This document shows, in pieces, positions 19,809 to 30,208 of a DNA stretch of 64,000 bases. Under the pieces are notes generated by a model that worked only from the letters and a program-made list of their open reading frames with translations, did not search any database and was not told the DNA's origin. Positions within the stretch are counted from its first letter, which is position 1, and each line of letters starts with the position of its first letter. The stretch is from an uncultured virus (IMG/VR IMGVR_UViG_3300023184_000097) (taxonomy: Duplodnaviria; Heunggongvirae; Uroviricota; Caudoviricetes), in IMG/VR virus record IMGVR_UViG_3300023184_000097, one strand, 5' to 3'. Made by a program: the position numbers and the translations under genes.

Positions 19809-20870
19809 ATGGCAGAAGATCCAAGAAAAATAGTAGATAAAGCTTTTAAGAAGCAACTGGATGGAAAGAATTTAGAATCGCTAAATCTTTATAAGTCACT
19901 AATTGAAATGTCACCAAGCGAACCCGCAAAAAAAACTATATTTTATAATATGGGTTTATGTTACATGGGACTTGGTAAATGGCAAGATGCAATAACTTTT
20001 TTTAATAGATCAAATGCAATAGAACAGGATCCAGCAAATTGTTGGAACAAGAGTCTATGTCACTTAAATCTACTTCAATGGGAAGAAGGAATGATGCTCT
20101 ATAATAATAGATATAGGGACAAGAGTTTAAAAACGGGGGTTAAATTTCCTGACTTTCCAATACCTCAATTTTCCAACTCGGGAGAATGGAAAGGAAAGAA
20201 AGTACTTGTAATGAATGAGCAAGGACTTGGTGATGAACTAATGTTTTCAACACAATTTCGAAAATTCTCTTCCCTTGTTGGCTCTGCAGTTATAAAAACG
20301 TCAGAAGAGAATGTAACCCTATTTAAGTACATCTTTGACGATATTAAGAATTTGGAATTTAAGAGTTTTGATTCGGTTTCATTAGAAGAGATTCAATCTT
20401 TCGATGGGTTTATTCCAGCAGGAGATATCTTTAGTGAACTCTATGAATTTGGAAATTCAATATCCTTATCCAGATATGAATCAATTGGACAGACAGAAAT
20501 AGGTCTATGCTGGGAAGCAAACGCAGCTTCGCCCAATCATAAATTAAGATCTCTTAAATATGAAGACTTTAATTTCATAAGGAAAGAATTCGGGACACAG
20601 TCAATTCAATACGGAAAAGATAATTTCCGACCTAATGATATGCTTGAAACGTGGAATAGAATTATTACCCTGCATAGTTGTGTGACAATTGACACATCAG
20701 TTGCACATCTTTGTGGAATAATAGGTATACCGACCATTCTTGTAATTAACAGGCATTTTGATTGGAGATGGAAATATAGAAACGAATCAGGAATGAGTCT
20801 TTTCTATCCTTCAGTTAAACCGATTCAATTCGAAAATTTAAAACAGGAAATAAACCAATTCATAAAATAA
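19809..20870 (+). CDS. TPR-containing glycosyltransferase (GT9-like)
   Basis: TPR helices then EQGLGDELMF, TIDTSVAHLCG, DWRW. Confidence 0.8.
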   Translation: MAEDPRKIVDKAFKKQLDGKNLESLNLYKSLIEMSPSEPAKKTIFYNMGLCYMGLGKWQDAITFFNRSNAIEQDPANCWNKSLCHLNLLQWEEGMMLYNNRYRDKSLKTGVKFPDFPIPQFSNSGEWKGKKVLVMNEQGLGDELMFSTQFRKFSSLVGSAVIKTSEENVTLFKYIFDDIKNLEFKSFDSVSLEEIQSFDGFIPAGDIFSELYEFGNSISLSRYESIGQTEIGLCWEANAASPNHKLRSLKYEDFNFIRKEFGTQSIQYGKDNFRPNDMLETWNRIITLHSCVTIDTSVAHLCGIIGIPTILVINRHFDWRWKYRNESGMSLFYPSVKPIQFENLKQEINQFIK

Positions 20871-20942
20871 GTAATCAATCTTACCTAGTTTCTATCATAT
20901 ATTCGGAACTTTATATTATTTTCATATAGAATAATAAAGATC

Positions 20943-21524
20943 ATGGAGGAAGTAAAATCTAAATTAGTGTGTGTAATAGGTGCACCCTCATCAGGCAAGA
21001 GCACACTAGCAACATCTATACATCATGGGTTAAAGATATCTAAAAGAAATTCAATATTTGTGGGGGAAGCAGCCACAGATTATATCGCAGAGTGGGGAAT
21101 ACCAGATACACCGACAGATCAGATCATAATATTTTATAAACAGCTAGGGAGAGAAAGAATGTACGTTGGATCTAAGGAGTTTATTATCTGTGATTCTAGT
21201 TCTATCCTGAATTACTTCTACTTTAGATCTTTATTCAGCACTAAGCTAAGTCTGAAGGATATAGCAACGATAAACCATTTGCAGAAAGAGATACTGAAGT
21301 CTTTAAACCAATGGAACAAAATATATTACGTTCCTCCTTTTCTAGAGGATGATGATCAAAACGATGGCATAAGGTATCACAATAAAGAGGAGATAATTAA
21401 ATTGGATTTAATAATAAAGAATTACCTTGATCTAGAAAAAATTCAATATACTGATTTGTCTAATATACCAATTCGTGAAAGGGATCAGTGGGTTCTTGCA
21501 GATCTCACTAAAAGCAGTAAGTAA
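20943..21524 (+). CDS. NadR/AAA_28-like P-loop kinase/ATPase
   Basis: GAPSSGKST Walker A, IICDSS, DGIRYH. Confidence 0.75.
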   Translation: MEEVKSKLVCVIGAPSSGKSTLATSIHHGLKISKRNSIFVGEAATDYIAEWGIPDTPTDQIIIFYKQLGRERMYVGSKEFIICDSSSILNYFYFRSLFSTKLSLKDIATINHLQKEILKSLNQWNKIYYVPPFLEDDDQNDGIRYHNKEEIIKLDLIIKNYLDLEKIQYTDLSNIPIRERDQWVLADLTKSSK

Positions 21525-21968
21525 CTAGAAAACCGGTATAATAGCCCAGGGCTCAGCAGGTAACCAATATTGGGCATCAGCGATAACATTTGGCATTTGC
21601 TGTACGTTTATACTATTTCTCCAATTAGGAGTTTTATTCTTATTTAGTGCTATATTAAATCCGCTCATGCCGACCCATTTCTGTAGGTATTCATATGTAG
21701 GCATAGCTTTTTTATATGATAACTTATTGTCTTTATATCCGATGATGTAAATTTCATCGTATAAATTAGCCATATAAACGGGTATTCCTGGCTTATCCCC
21801 CATTTTTGCCCTTGGTAATTCTCTCACATATTTAACAGGCATAAGAAAAACGTAGCTTTTATTCTCTTTGTCTTTCTGAGGCTTGCCCTTAATAAAAACC
21901 CATCCACCTTGTGCCCAAGATAGTGTGCTTTCATTTAGCCAGCTTTGGTATTCTAGTAAGTTTTCCAC
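21525..21968 (-). CDS. Hypothetical protein
   Basis: ORF preceded by GATATATA (21973-21980). Confidence 0.6.
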   Translation of the reverse strand: MENLLEYQSWLNESTLSWAQGGWVFIKGKPQKDKENKSYVFLMPVKYVRELPRAKMGDKPGIPVYMANLYDEIYIIGYKDNKLSYKKAMPTYEYLQKWVGMSGFNIALNKNKTPNWRNSINVQQMPNVIADAQYWLPAEPWAIIPVF

Positions 21969-22018
21969 ACCTTATATATCAATTCTATAAGATATATAAC
22001 ATAAAAACCAAACTTACT

Positions 22019-22279
22019 ATGAAAAAATTCTTTACCGATCTTCTTTCAGGACAAAGCGACACATCCAGTAAAAGATTTGCTGCTCTTTTTACCCTTTTTA
22101 ACATTATAGCTATAACATGGGTGGCTACGATTAGAGCTAAAGACTTTGTTACACCCGAATTTATGTATGATTCATTAGCATTAATATCAGGTGGTGGATT
22201 AGGATTAACCGTGATAGAAAAAATATTTTCGTCTAAAAAAACAGGAAAAACTGACGATCCTACAAAAAATGATATATAG
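22019..22279 (+). CDS. Small two-TM membrane protein (SSKR motif)
   Basis: ATG after GATATATA (21991); two hydrophobic helices. Confidence 0.6.
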   Translation: MKKFFTDLLSGQSDTSSKRFAALFTLFNIIAITWVATIRAKDFVTPEFMYDSLALISGGGLGLTVIEKIFSSKKTGKTDDPTKNDI

Positions 22280-22308
22280 AACAAATAATCTAAAAAAAAT
22301 AATACAAA

Positions 22309-22779
22309 ATGGAAAACCTATTAGAATTTGATACATTTAGCCCACAAACTTCAGGTAATGCATCAGCAGGAGCAGAGGTAGCACCACCAGTTTTCGGTGC
22401 TATTGATTTTAGTATGTCTGGAGTTTCTGATGATGCTATGAAGCTTATTGCAGGACTTATGGCTCAATCAGTGTTAGCATCGGGTGAAGCAGAAAAGATT
22501 GCTAGAATGGCAGATACCGACCCAGCTTCAGCGGCATCTTATCTACAGAAGAAGGTGGAGGGAATTTTAGCTGAAGTTCCTGGATTAGCACCTGCATTCA
22601 TACAGTCTATGAAATCTCAATCTTCGAATATAGCTAAGGTTATGGTTCAATCAATCCCCGGATTGCTTGGTAATTTAACTGACAAGGACATTGAAGCAAA
22701 TGAATTAAAACCCGACACTTCTAAAGCATCTTTCCTAAGCAAGCTTAGTGGATTTTTTGCTGACAATCAAGGAGCATAA
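22309..22779 (+). CDS. Hypothetical Ala-rich protein
   Basis: ORF track. Confidence 0.6.
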   Translation: MENLLEFDTFSPQTSGNASAGAEVAPPVFGAIDFSMSGVSDDAMKLIAGLMAQSVLASGEAEKIARMADTDPASAASYLQKKVEGILAEVPGLAPAFIQSMKSQSSNIAKVMVQSIPGLLGNLTDKDIEANELKPDTSKASFLSKLSGFFADNQGA

Positions 22780-22784
22780 TAACT

Positions 22785-23351
22785 ATGAAAAGTATAAAAT
22801 CATTCAAGAACTTCATATCGGATGTAAACGAGAATTCTAGTGGTATTACCATGTACACCACCGATGATGTTAGAAACGCATTTGCAGACGTTGAAGATGA
22901 TATAAAGGATTATTATGCGGTAGACGAGGATAGCGCAAGGGTTACACTTTCATGGAATCTTAGGTACGGTGACCTTGATATAAAGGGAGCTTTAGATCAC
23001 TTAGAGTTTGAATTTGATACATCAGGATTCGGCAGAGAACTTTTAAGAAATATTTCTCATGATGATGATACCAAAGGCCCAACTTTCACTAAAGATGAAA
23101 TACAGAATGCAATAGACAGTGCAGCTTTCAGTAAGGATATTTTCCTTGAAAGTTTCGACTACAATATCAATAGCGCAAATATATCTATTGAAGTTGATGA
23201 GAATAGATATTCAACTGAGTTGAGGGTAAGTGGTAAACTAGATGAGGATTCTATTGATATTGATGACGCCAAAGTAGATACCAGCGATATAATAGAAGCA
23301 ATAATAGAGGATCTTTTAAGGGGTATAGCTAAAAGGATTGATTACACGTAA
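22785..23351 (+). CDS. Hypothetical acidic protein
   Basis: ORF track. Confidence 0.6.
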   Translation: MKSIKSFKNFISDVNENSSGITMYTTDDVRNAFADVEDDIKDYYAVDEDSARVTLSWNLRYGDLDIKGALDHLEFEFDTSGFGRELLRNISHDDDTKGPTFTKDEIQNAIDSAAFSKDIFLESFDYNINSANISIEVDENRYSTELRVSGKLDEDSIDIDDAKVDTSDIIEAIIEDLLRGIAKRIDYT

Positions 23352-23712
23352 ATCTATCAGATGAAAAGAATTAAATTATCCTAATCTTTTGTAAAAGAAG
23401 CTGAAATAGATCTTCCAGATGCAAGAACCGCCGGATAAGTTTTTGCTGACGTGTTAGCAGGTCTATACATACTGTTAGTGGTAAAATATAATCGGCTGAT
23501 GAAATAAAAGATCAGCTTTACAAGATTAGGTAAGCTTGATAACCTCTTTATTTTTTATTCCCCCCAAAGTCCTTCTTCGGCCATAAGGCTCATTCTCTTC
23601 GTCTACCAGCCAAACATATGTTTTATTGTGCCCCTTCTCGTCTATTAGATACTTCTTTCCCCCTATTTGATAGATTTGATCAACTTCTAGTACGATTGGT
23701 TTTTCTTTCTTG

Positions 23713-23970
23713 TTATACATCTTTATTTTTTATAATTTCTGGATATAGCTCTTCAATCTCTTCCTGCTCCATTCCGAATCTCTCTTTTAACATAGTTGTT
23801 ATTGATAAAGGTCCTCCGGTATATTCCACTGAAGGCCATCTGCCTTCCTCTTTTTCTAATATTTTATGAGATATCGAATATTCATCCAGATACTCAAAGA
23901 AAGATTTATCAAATTCATCATTTTCTCCAAGAACAGTGTCAGCTGTTACTGTAACAAACTTAAAATCCAT
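23713..23970 (-). CDS. Hypothetical protein
   Basis: ORF in a dense minus-strand block. Confidence 0.55.
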   Translation of the reverse strand: MDFKFVTVTADTVLGENDEFDKSFFEYLDEYSISHKILEKEEGRWPSVEYTGGPLSITTMLKERFGMEQEEIEELYPEIIKNKDV

Positions 23971-23973
23971 ATT

Positions 23974-24282
23974 CTATTTTCTTTTTTTAACTATTTTATA
24001 GACCTGAGTAGACCCAATGGGTACGTGTGATCTTGATTTGAATGTGCTGTCCAAGTTGGTTGTGTTTATCCAAACAGGAGAACCTTCTTCCATAACGTTT
24101 CTTGCTGGTAATCTTTCTGAGCTTACCACTCTGTGGGTATCAACGTAAATGTCAAAAGTATCTTTTCCGATAATCATAACATCTCCGTCAGCAGCCTTTG
24201 AAATTGCTTTCTGTTTTTTTGATTCGCAAGAAGCAAGGAAAATAATTAGTAGTGCCGGGAATAATATCTTAATTGATTTCAT
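23974..24282 (-). CDS. Putative lipoprotein
   Basis: Lipobox FLAS-C after a hydrophobic stretch. Confidence 0.6.
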   Translation of the reverse strand: MKSIKILFPALLIIFLASCESKKQKAISKAADGDVMIIGKDTFDIYVDTHRVVSSERLPARNVMEEGSPVWINTTNLDSTFKSRSHVPIGSTQVYKIVKKRK

Positions 24283-24619
24283 CTAATAGAATTTTAGAGA
24301 TTTGCACAGCAATATCACTGGTAGCTGCATAGATTCTTGAGATTTCATTTTGTATTCTTTCGCCAGAGAAGTAGTGTTCAGATACTCTTGGTTTGATAAA
24401 CTCCTCAATGGAATTCACGTATTTCCACCCTACTAATGTTCCCTGATGGCATGAGCTTTCACCTTTTAGTATTATGCAGATTTGATCGTTAACCAAAAGA
24501 GTGCTATAACCTAATTTTTTTATATGTTCAACACATTCTTTTAAGAATTCCTGATCCTTTGCTAGATTTTTTATTTCCCCCATTTCTGGGAATAGTGTTA
24601 CCTTTATCGTTTCTGACAT
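24269..24619 (-). CDS. Hypothetical protein
   Basis: ORF track. Confidence 0.55.
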   Translation of the reverse strand: MSETIKVTLFPEMGEIKNLAKDQEFLKECVEHIKKLGYSTLLVNDQICIILKGESSCHQGTLVGWKYVNSIEEFIKPRVSEHYFSGERIQNEISRIYAATSDIAVQISKILLDEIN

Positions 24620-24658
24620 ATATTTTATTTTATGACTTAATTACAAATTCATTTTGAT

Positions 24659-25144
24659 CTACTGGAAGCAAAGAACTCCACCTTTAGAAGATAATTCAAA
24701 TCCTAGCATGAAGTTGTCGTACACATCTTCATAATAACCTTCATATGGATTTTTTTCTTTCACTTCTGAATGAAAATTTTCCCTATTCTCTACGAAGTCT
24801 TTATGTAGTTTTTCTGATACCTTTGGTCCGAATTTTCCTTCACAATCTGAGAAGTTAATTAACTCAATGAAAGGCTTATCGGTGTATTCGTCAATATTCT
24901 CCCAAACATATTGAGCTCCATTGCCTAGTATAATCTGGGAAAGAAGATTTCTGAAAGCTCCATAACCCGAATAAGTCCCTGCTCTGAATCCATGGTATTC
25001 GCACAAAGGATCTTCGATATACTCTCCAACCTCTATGTCTTTTGCTTGATCGTTGTGATATTCACCTCTCCTGATGAAAATTGTTGCCTCGTCAAGATCT
25101 TCTGTCTTGTTTATTTTGCTGTAAGCTGAAATGTCTAATCCCAT
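24659..25144 (-). CDS. Conserved phage protein (MGLD...FRAGxYSGY...FSDCEG)
   Basis: Motif pattern. Confidence 0.6.
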   Translation of the reverse strand: MGLDISAYSKINKTEDLDEATIFIRRGEYHNDQAKDIEVGEYIEDPLCEYHGFRAGTYSGYGAFRNLLSQIILGNGAQYVWENIDEYTDKPFIELINFSDCEGKFGPKVSEKLHKDFVENRENFHSEVKEKNPYEGYYEDVYDNFMLGFELSSKGGVLCFQ

Positions 25145-25154
25145 GTTTTTTATT

Positions 25155-25394
25155 TTAAAAAGGTTGATCTAAAGCTAGTGCCATCATGTGTGTTTCTTTT
25201 GCTCCCCATTCTACCAGAATGTTTGCAAATTGGTTTCTTGTTAACCCGTTTATGAAGTAAGATTTTTCTTCTATCAAATACTTAGCTGAATCCTCATCTT
25301 CACTAAGGTCAGTAATGTCGTAGAAATATCCGAGTGCATGATCGAAACCATACACTAGTTTCTTGTTTTCTTTTTTGATACTATATCTGCTCAT
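25155..25394 (-). CDS. Hypothetical protein
   Basis: ORF track. Confidence 0.55.
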   Translation of the reverse strand: MSRYSIKKENKKLVYGFDHALGYFYDITDLSEDEDSAKYLIEEKSYFINGLTRNQFANILVEWGAKETHMMALALDQPF

Positions 25395-25406
25395 GGATAT
25401 TTTATT

Positions 25407-25754
25407 TTAGTAGTTTATTATGTGAACTGATAGACCTCTTTCGGTTGCAAGATCTATCATGTGTTTTGTACCCCTTGATTCGCCGTCCCAGAATGCAATT
25501 AAACAATCTGAGTAATCTGCCATTTCTTTGTTTCTAATGTATCCTGACGCTCTACCGTGTTTATCCCAGTCGGCAGGGAATTGGATCACGCTATGTCCCT
25601 TTAAACTGGCGTAGTGCTCACCTAACTTATCCGCTCCTCTAGCAGTGCCACTTACAATCTCAACTTCATCGACATTTGCAAGTATTTCTTCGCACTTTGC
25701 GTAAAGAAGTTGAAAATCAGAGAAGCCTCTGCTGCCTGCTATTATTACTTTCAT
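25407..25754 (-). CDS. SLOG/YspA-like (DUF2493) protein
   Basis: MKVIIAGSR, SGTARGAD, RNKEMA, FWDGESRGT. Confidence 0.85.
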   Translation of the reverse strand: MKVIIAGSRGFSDFQLLYAKCEEILANVDEVEIVSGTARGADKLGEHYASLKGHSVIQFPADWDKHGRASGYIRNKEMADYSDCLIAFWDGESRGTKHMIDLATERGLSVHIINY

Positions 25755-25838
25755 TTTGTTAATTTTTACAATATTAATCAATACTCTCGGTAGAAAAAAA
25801 TAAAAAAGGGAAAACTTTTTATGTTCTCCCATTTTAAT

Positions 25839-26720
25839 TTATTTCTTAAAGATCTTGTTTATATTATGCGTTATTATATTATGCGGTTTTTTTGTGATCT
25901 CAAAAGTTAAATACCTTTGATGAGCATTATCAGTAGCAATTAATGCCATTCTTTGGGAAAGTGCGATATCCACATCAAGCATCGTTTCGAACTCTTCAAA
26001 TACAGGATCTGCGTGAACGTGATAGATTCCTTCGTCATGCTCTTTAATATTCGATCCCATTATTATTCTCATATCGCTATAAGATAGATTAGGATCAATT
26101 AATACGGAAAGCCTTCCACCAAGATTACCCTGTGAATATATGAAACCAGTTCCCTGGTCGAGATTAGGCTGATTTGGATCGTTATAGACGAATTGTGATA
26201 GGTTCATAATTCTATTCGACATACCTCCTGAAACTATGATGTAGTCTGCAGGTCCTCTTCTTGATTTTGCTGCTATCTTATTAGAGAACAAAATGATTTT
26301 TTGAAATAACTGGTCATCACTTTTTATCCTAACCTTTGGGGTATACCCAAACCAATTATGTAGGAACATTTGGGTTTTGGTGTACGATTCCTTATAGTTC
26401 TGTTCACCTGCAAATGAAATAATGTCTCTTATAAGCTTCTGTTGCATCATTGCGCTTTCTTCTTCAAGAACTGACTTAAACATAGAAGTTGTATCTATAA
26501 CGCCCATGCCGTGTAGCTTTTGTATATCTGACATTTGTTCTTTGCTAACTTTAGTGTTAACCCTATAAGTTTCCAGATGCGCAGTTTTTCTTACAGGCTT
26601 TAGACCTATTTGGTTTATATCATTTTTGTCCTTACCTTCGTCTACCAAACTTAGATAAGTAAGTTCACATATCGGTAAATCTGTTTTCTTTGAGAAAATT
26701 CTACTTTTAATTTCTTTCAT
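25839..26720 (-). CDS. Divergent T4 gp23/gp24-like capsid protein paralog
   Basis: EQMSDIQKLHG, IAAKSRRGPADYIIVS, GNLGGRLSVLIDP resemble the C-terminal half of gp23-type capsid proteins. Confidence 0.65.
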   Translation of the reverse strand: MKEIKSRIFSKKTDLPICELTYLSLVDEGKDKNDINQIGLKPVRKTAHLETYRVNTKVSKEQMSDIQKLHGMGVIDTTSMFKSVLEEESAMMQQKLIRDIISFAGEQNYKESYTKTQMFLHNWFGYTPKVRIKSDDQLFQKIILFSNKIAAKSRRGPADYIIVSGGMSNRIMNLSQFVYNDPNQPNLDQGTGFIYSQGNLGGRLSVLIDPNLSYSDMRIIMGSNIKEHDEGIYHVHADPVFEEFETMLDVDIALSQRMALIATDNAHQRYLTFEITKKPHNIITHNINKIFKK

Positions 26721-26758
26721 ATTGATTCATTTTGTTTATTATATCAGAATATAAAAAA

Positions 26759-27223
26759 TTATTTCACAGTAATCCAGTTTATTTCTTTCTGAAGGACCTT
26801 ATCGTTAATTGGGATAAGATCAACACTAATAATGTCATTAATTATGATCTCGCTTGAATATTCTGTGATCTTTCCCCTTATTGTTGGTCGAAAAGTCACT
26901 GTCCCGTCTTCGTACATTTTTAAAGCATCCTTCCCATTTCTCGTTGATTTAAAGTTAACCACAGCAACAAGAAATCCGTCATCGATAAACATGTTCTTTA
27001 TTATATGTGAAGCTTCCCTAATTGGGTTTCGTATTTTCCGTCTGGATTTGTCTGGATTTATGTTGTATACTAATTCTCCTGTTAAGTATTCACGCTGGGC
27101 TAAAATCTCAAATATCTTATTTACAGATTTTTCACTATAGATGTTTCCCGTTGAATTAGGAACCCCTATTTCTATGAGTGCTACTTCTCTGATTAACGAT
27201 TTTTCCTGTTTTATTTTGAGCAT
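26759..27223 (-). CDS. T4 gp21-like prohead protease paralog, probably inactive
   Basis: PNSTGNIYS, GEL, ASHII, TRNGK; catalytic HP and SSRG motifs are replaced. Confidence 0.55.
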   Translation of the reverse strand: MLKIKQEKSLIREVALIEIGVPNSTGNIYSEKSVNKIFEILAQREYLTGELVYNINPDKSRRKIRNPIREASHIIKNMFIDDGFLVAVVNFKSTRNGKDALKMYEDGTVTFRPTIRGKITEYSSEIIINDIISVDLIPINDKVLQKEINWITVK

Positions 27224-27483
27224 TATCCGAATGGATTTAGTATCTGTCTGTTGATCAATCTAGAATCTTCATCTTCCCTCGATTTTATGCCTAATGATAT
27301 TGACTCGCCATAGCAGCTGGCAACAGCTATACCATTTCCTGCTTCGTCAATTTCAGATCTAAATGTTACGAAACCTGCACCTTCGCACTTCTGATTATAT
27401 CCAACCATGTCCTTATGTGTGATTGCTGCAGAGAAAACTATTGCGCTTCCTCTTACTATCACGTATTTTGCATTATACATCAT
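27223..27483 (-). CDS. Hypothetical protein
   Basis: ORF track. Confidence 0.55.
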   Translation of the reverse strand: MMYNAKYVIVRGSAIVFSAAITHKDMVGYNQKCEGAGFVTFRSEIDEAGNGIAVASCYGESISLGIKSREDEDSRLINRQILNPFG

Positions 27484-27487
27484 TTTT

Positions 27488-27826
27488 TTAATTTTTAACG
27501 TTAAATCTTTTTATAACTTTCATTCTGTCAATCTCATAGCCCATAGCTTCTAAGCTTTTTGTATCGAAAATAACTTCCTCCTTGTCCTTATCCATCATCA
27601 CCCTATTATATTCGCCTGACTCCTTATCTCTCACAACAAAGCAAATCACATTCAACGCATCGTTCTGCTCACCGCTTCCCCAAAGAATAGATTTCTTTCT
27701 AGCGTGCTGAGTGCTGATCTTATCGTGGAACCATTCGTGGGTTTCCGATTCCCAGTAAAGCCCGTCCATTTCTAAAAATTCGTTTCTTTCTGACATATTA
27801 TCACTGCTTATTTTTAACTGCTTCAA
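27488..27826 (-). CDS. Hypothetical protein
   Basis: ORF track. Confidence 0.55.
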   Translation of the reverse strand: MKQLKISSDNMSERNEFLEMDGLYWESETHEWFHDKISTQHARKKSILWGSGEQNDALNVICFVVRDKESGEYNRVMMDKDKEEVIFDTKSLEAMGYEIDRMKVIKRFNVKN

Positions 27827-28202
27827 TTAGTTTCTTTAAACATTCAAGTTCTGCTTCTTCGTAAGTTCCAACTTTAGGGTCTTTGTTATACTCTTCCATT
27901 GTTCTTTGTTTGACATATTCTTTACCGGAAAGTGACATATCATAAATGTGACAATCGAATTGTTTTACGTTAGGTCTAAATCCAATAAATCCTCTTAAAT
28001 TATACTTCTCCCGGAAGAAACGAAATGCTTGGGAGTAGGTTGGTGCTGTTGGATAAAACTTAAATTCAGAATTAGTATTGCAACTTCTTACATCAGCAAA
28101 AAATTGAATCTTGTTATCCAAATGGTATCCAAAACAAGGTTCATCAAATCCTAATTCTTTTAATTCTAATGCCTGTTCGTAAGGTATAAATTCTTTATTC
28201 AT
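27801..28202 (-). CDS. Conserved phage protein (EFIPYEQALELKELGFDEPC family)
   Basis: Motif pattern recalled from Bacteroidota phage proteins. Confidence 0.65.
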   Translation of the reverse strand: MNKEFIPYEQALELKELGFDEPCFGYHLDNKIQFFADVRSCNTNSEFKFYPTAPTYSQAFRFFREKYNLRGFIGFRPNVKQFDCHIYDMSLSGKEYVKQRTMEEYNKDPKVGTYEEAELECLKKLIEAVKNKQ

Positions 28203-28606
28203 TACTTTGCGTATTTGTATTTTGTTTGCATTATCGCATATTGTCTTTTTAATTCGTATTGATGAGGTCCACCTTGTGCTAGTTCTCTAAGTGATTGAAA
28301 TTCGCCTTTGTATATCGAACCTAATTCTTCTTTTGTTTCTGCTTTATCAATTAGTGATTCCACCTCTTTAGAGTAGTTCCAGAATTTATTAGATTTCCTC
28401 GTTATTGAAATCATTAGCATAAACATCAAGCCAAATAGAATTCCTGTTGTAGCTCCGATTTTAAGATTGACTGGTAATACCGTTCCTCTAACGAGAAATG
28501 TAACACATTCAAACATAGAGAATGTAAATAAACCGGTTAATGCCCATCCGAAAATATAGATTTTCCATAATGGAGCTTTGTCGAAGAAGTTGTTGATTGA
28601 TTTCAT
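28202..28606 (-). CDS. Two-TM membrane protein
   Basis: Hydrophobic segments. Confidence 0.6.
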   Translation of the reverse strand: MKSINNFFDKAPLWKIYIFGWALTGLFTFSMFECVTFLVRGTVLPVNLKIGATTGILFGLMFMLMISITRKSNKFWNYSKEVESLIDKAETKEELGSIYKGEFQSLRELAQGGPHQYELKRQYAIMQTKYKYAK

Positions 28607-28889
28607 TTTAGTATTTTTATTCGGTAAACATAAAACATAAATACGGAGATAAAAAATTATTCTTCTTCATCTCCGTAATCTTTATCGTCGTTGTATGCCT
28701 TTAGGTTGGCATTTTCTATTGATAGTCTTTTTATGTCGTCCTTTAGAATCCTTATATCCTCCAGCTTCTCCTTCATTAGCTCAAACCCAAATTCTATTAT
28801 TCGGATTTCATTTTCTGTAAGATCATCCTTGCGAACTTGAATCCTATCCGTTACTAGATCATAGTATTGTTCATTTAAACCCTTGAGCA

Positions 28890-29360
28890 TTATATCCCTA
28901 AATAAGTTAAAACCTCTTTCCATCCTGGAAATTGATCTGTTCCGAAATGAATGTGTTCACCACCGAAATCTGCAACACCATTGGCAATTCTATCATCGAT
29001 AAGAAAATCACCTCTAACCAATCCCTTGTTGTGGCAAAGGATAAGCTTTTTGTTAACTGATTTTCCTAGATAACTATCTACCCAAATTCTTTTCTCCGCC
29101 CATCCGTCAGGATTGCTCCAGGGTGGTGTACTTAAAATATAGGTCTCGTACTTATCCTGCAAAGCAGCCCATGCACTTATTGCTCCTTCAATAGGCTCAA
29201 GATCTTTATATGCACTTGGATGCTTAAAGAGGCTTTGCCCCTTTATCCCTTGTGCTTCTAATTCCTTTGCTCTCTTATCGAAATCACAGATAACACCGTC
29301 GAGATCGATTAACAAAATAGGCTTTGTAATCTTAATACTTGCTCTTAAATAGTCCGCCAT
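28890..29360 (-). CDS. 5'(3')-deoxyribonucleotidase (HAD, NT5C-like)
   Basis: DLDGVICDF, ILSTPPW, EKRIW, LIDDR. Confidence 0.85.
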   Translation of the reverse strand: MADYLRASIKITKPILLIDLDGVICDFDKRAKELEAQGIKGQSLFKHPSAYKDLEPIEGAISAWAALQDKYETYILSTPPWSNPDGWAEKRIWVDSYLGKSVNKKLILCHNKGLVRGDFLIDDRIANGVADFGGEHIHFGTDQFPGWKEVLTYLGI

Positions 29361-29597
29361 ATTATTCTGATTTATTTTTTTAATGGTTTAGGTAAATTTA
29401 ATTGAGTTAAAAATTTACATTTTTCATATTCCTCATTTTCAGTAAAATATTGTATCATCCATCCAATTTCTGGGTAATTGTTAGTTCCGTATTCCCTACT
29501 TAAGAAAGAATAATCCCCTTTTTTTTAACAAATCGTACATAGTGTCAAACGTTTTAAAACTATTCGCAACTTCAATTAAATCTTTTTTCATTGTTTT

Positions 29598-30140
29598 TCA
29601 TTTTTCAAAAAGGGTTTCTAAATAATGACACATTTCTCCAAGTGGATGTGCTTGTCCCACACCGAATCCAAGACTTGTTAAGAAGTGATCATTTTCTTTT
29701 TCGTACATCTCAAACATACGACTTTTGGTCATCTTTGAATACTGAACGTTGGCAATCCGATCGGCAAGTTTAACAAAAACCGCACCTGAAGTGTTTCGAA
29801 TTCCCTCGTAGTATTTTTCGTTGGCACGTTCTTTGCGATTCTTTCCTTTCTCGTTCGAAACTGCATAGATGATATCTGCTGCTTGTAGTCCGAGGACTTC
29901 TTTTACGTCGTTGTAGGAAACCCTTGTATCCTCAATTAGATCGTGTCCGTAAGCTGCCATAGTGACGCTATCTCTAAACGAGTTTTCGCCGTCGTTTGAA
30001 TCCGGAATTAGGCTAATAAAATCTTTAGCTGCCTGAGCAACCATTCTCAGATGAAATTCATAATTGAGATAGTCATCATATTTATGATTAGTGTTCTCGT
30101 GCTGATCTATGCACCATTTGATCTTATCCTCAGTCTTCAT
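29598..30140 (-). CDS. HD-domain (p)ppGpp hydrolase-like protein (small alarmone hydrolase/Mesh1-like)
   Basis: H...Y..H, HDLIEDT, VKLADRIAN. Confidence 0.75.
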   Translation of the reverse strand: MKTEDKIKWCIDQHENTNHKYDDYLNYEFHLRMVAQAAKDFISLIPDSNDGENSFRDSVTMAAYGHDLIEDTRVSYNDVKEVLGLQAADIIYAVSNEKGKNRKERANEKYYEGIRNTSGAVFVKLADRIANVQYSKMTKSRMFEMYEKENDHFLTSLGFGVGQAHPLGEMCHYLETLFEK

Positions 30141-30208
30141 ACCTTATATTTTTTACAAAAATAATAAACAGACACGGGATAAAAAATAAATAAAGGGATT
30201 TTTTGAAA

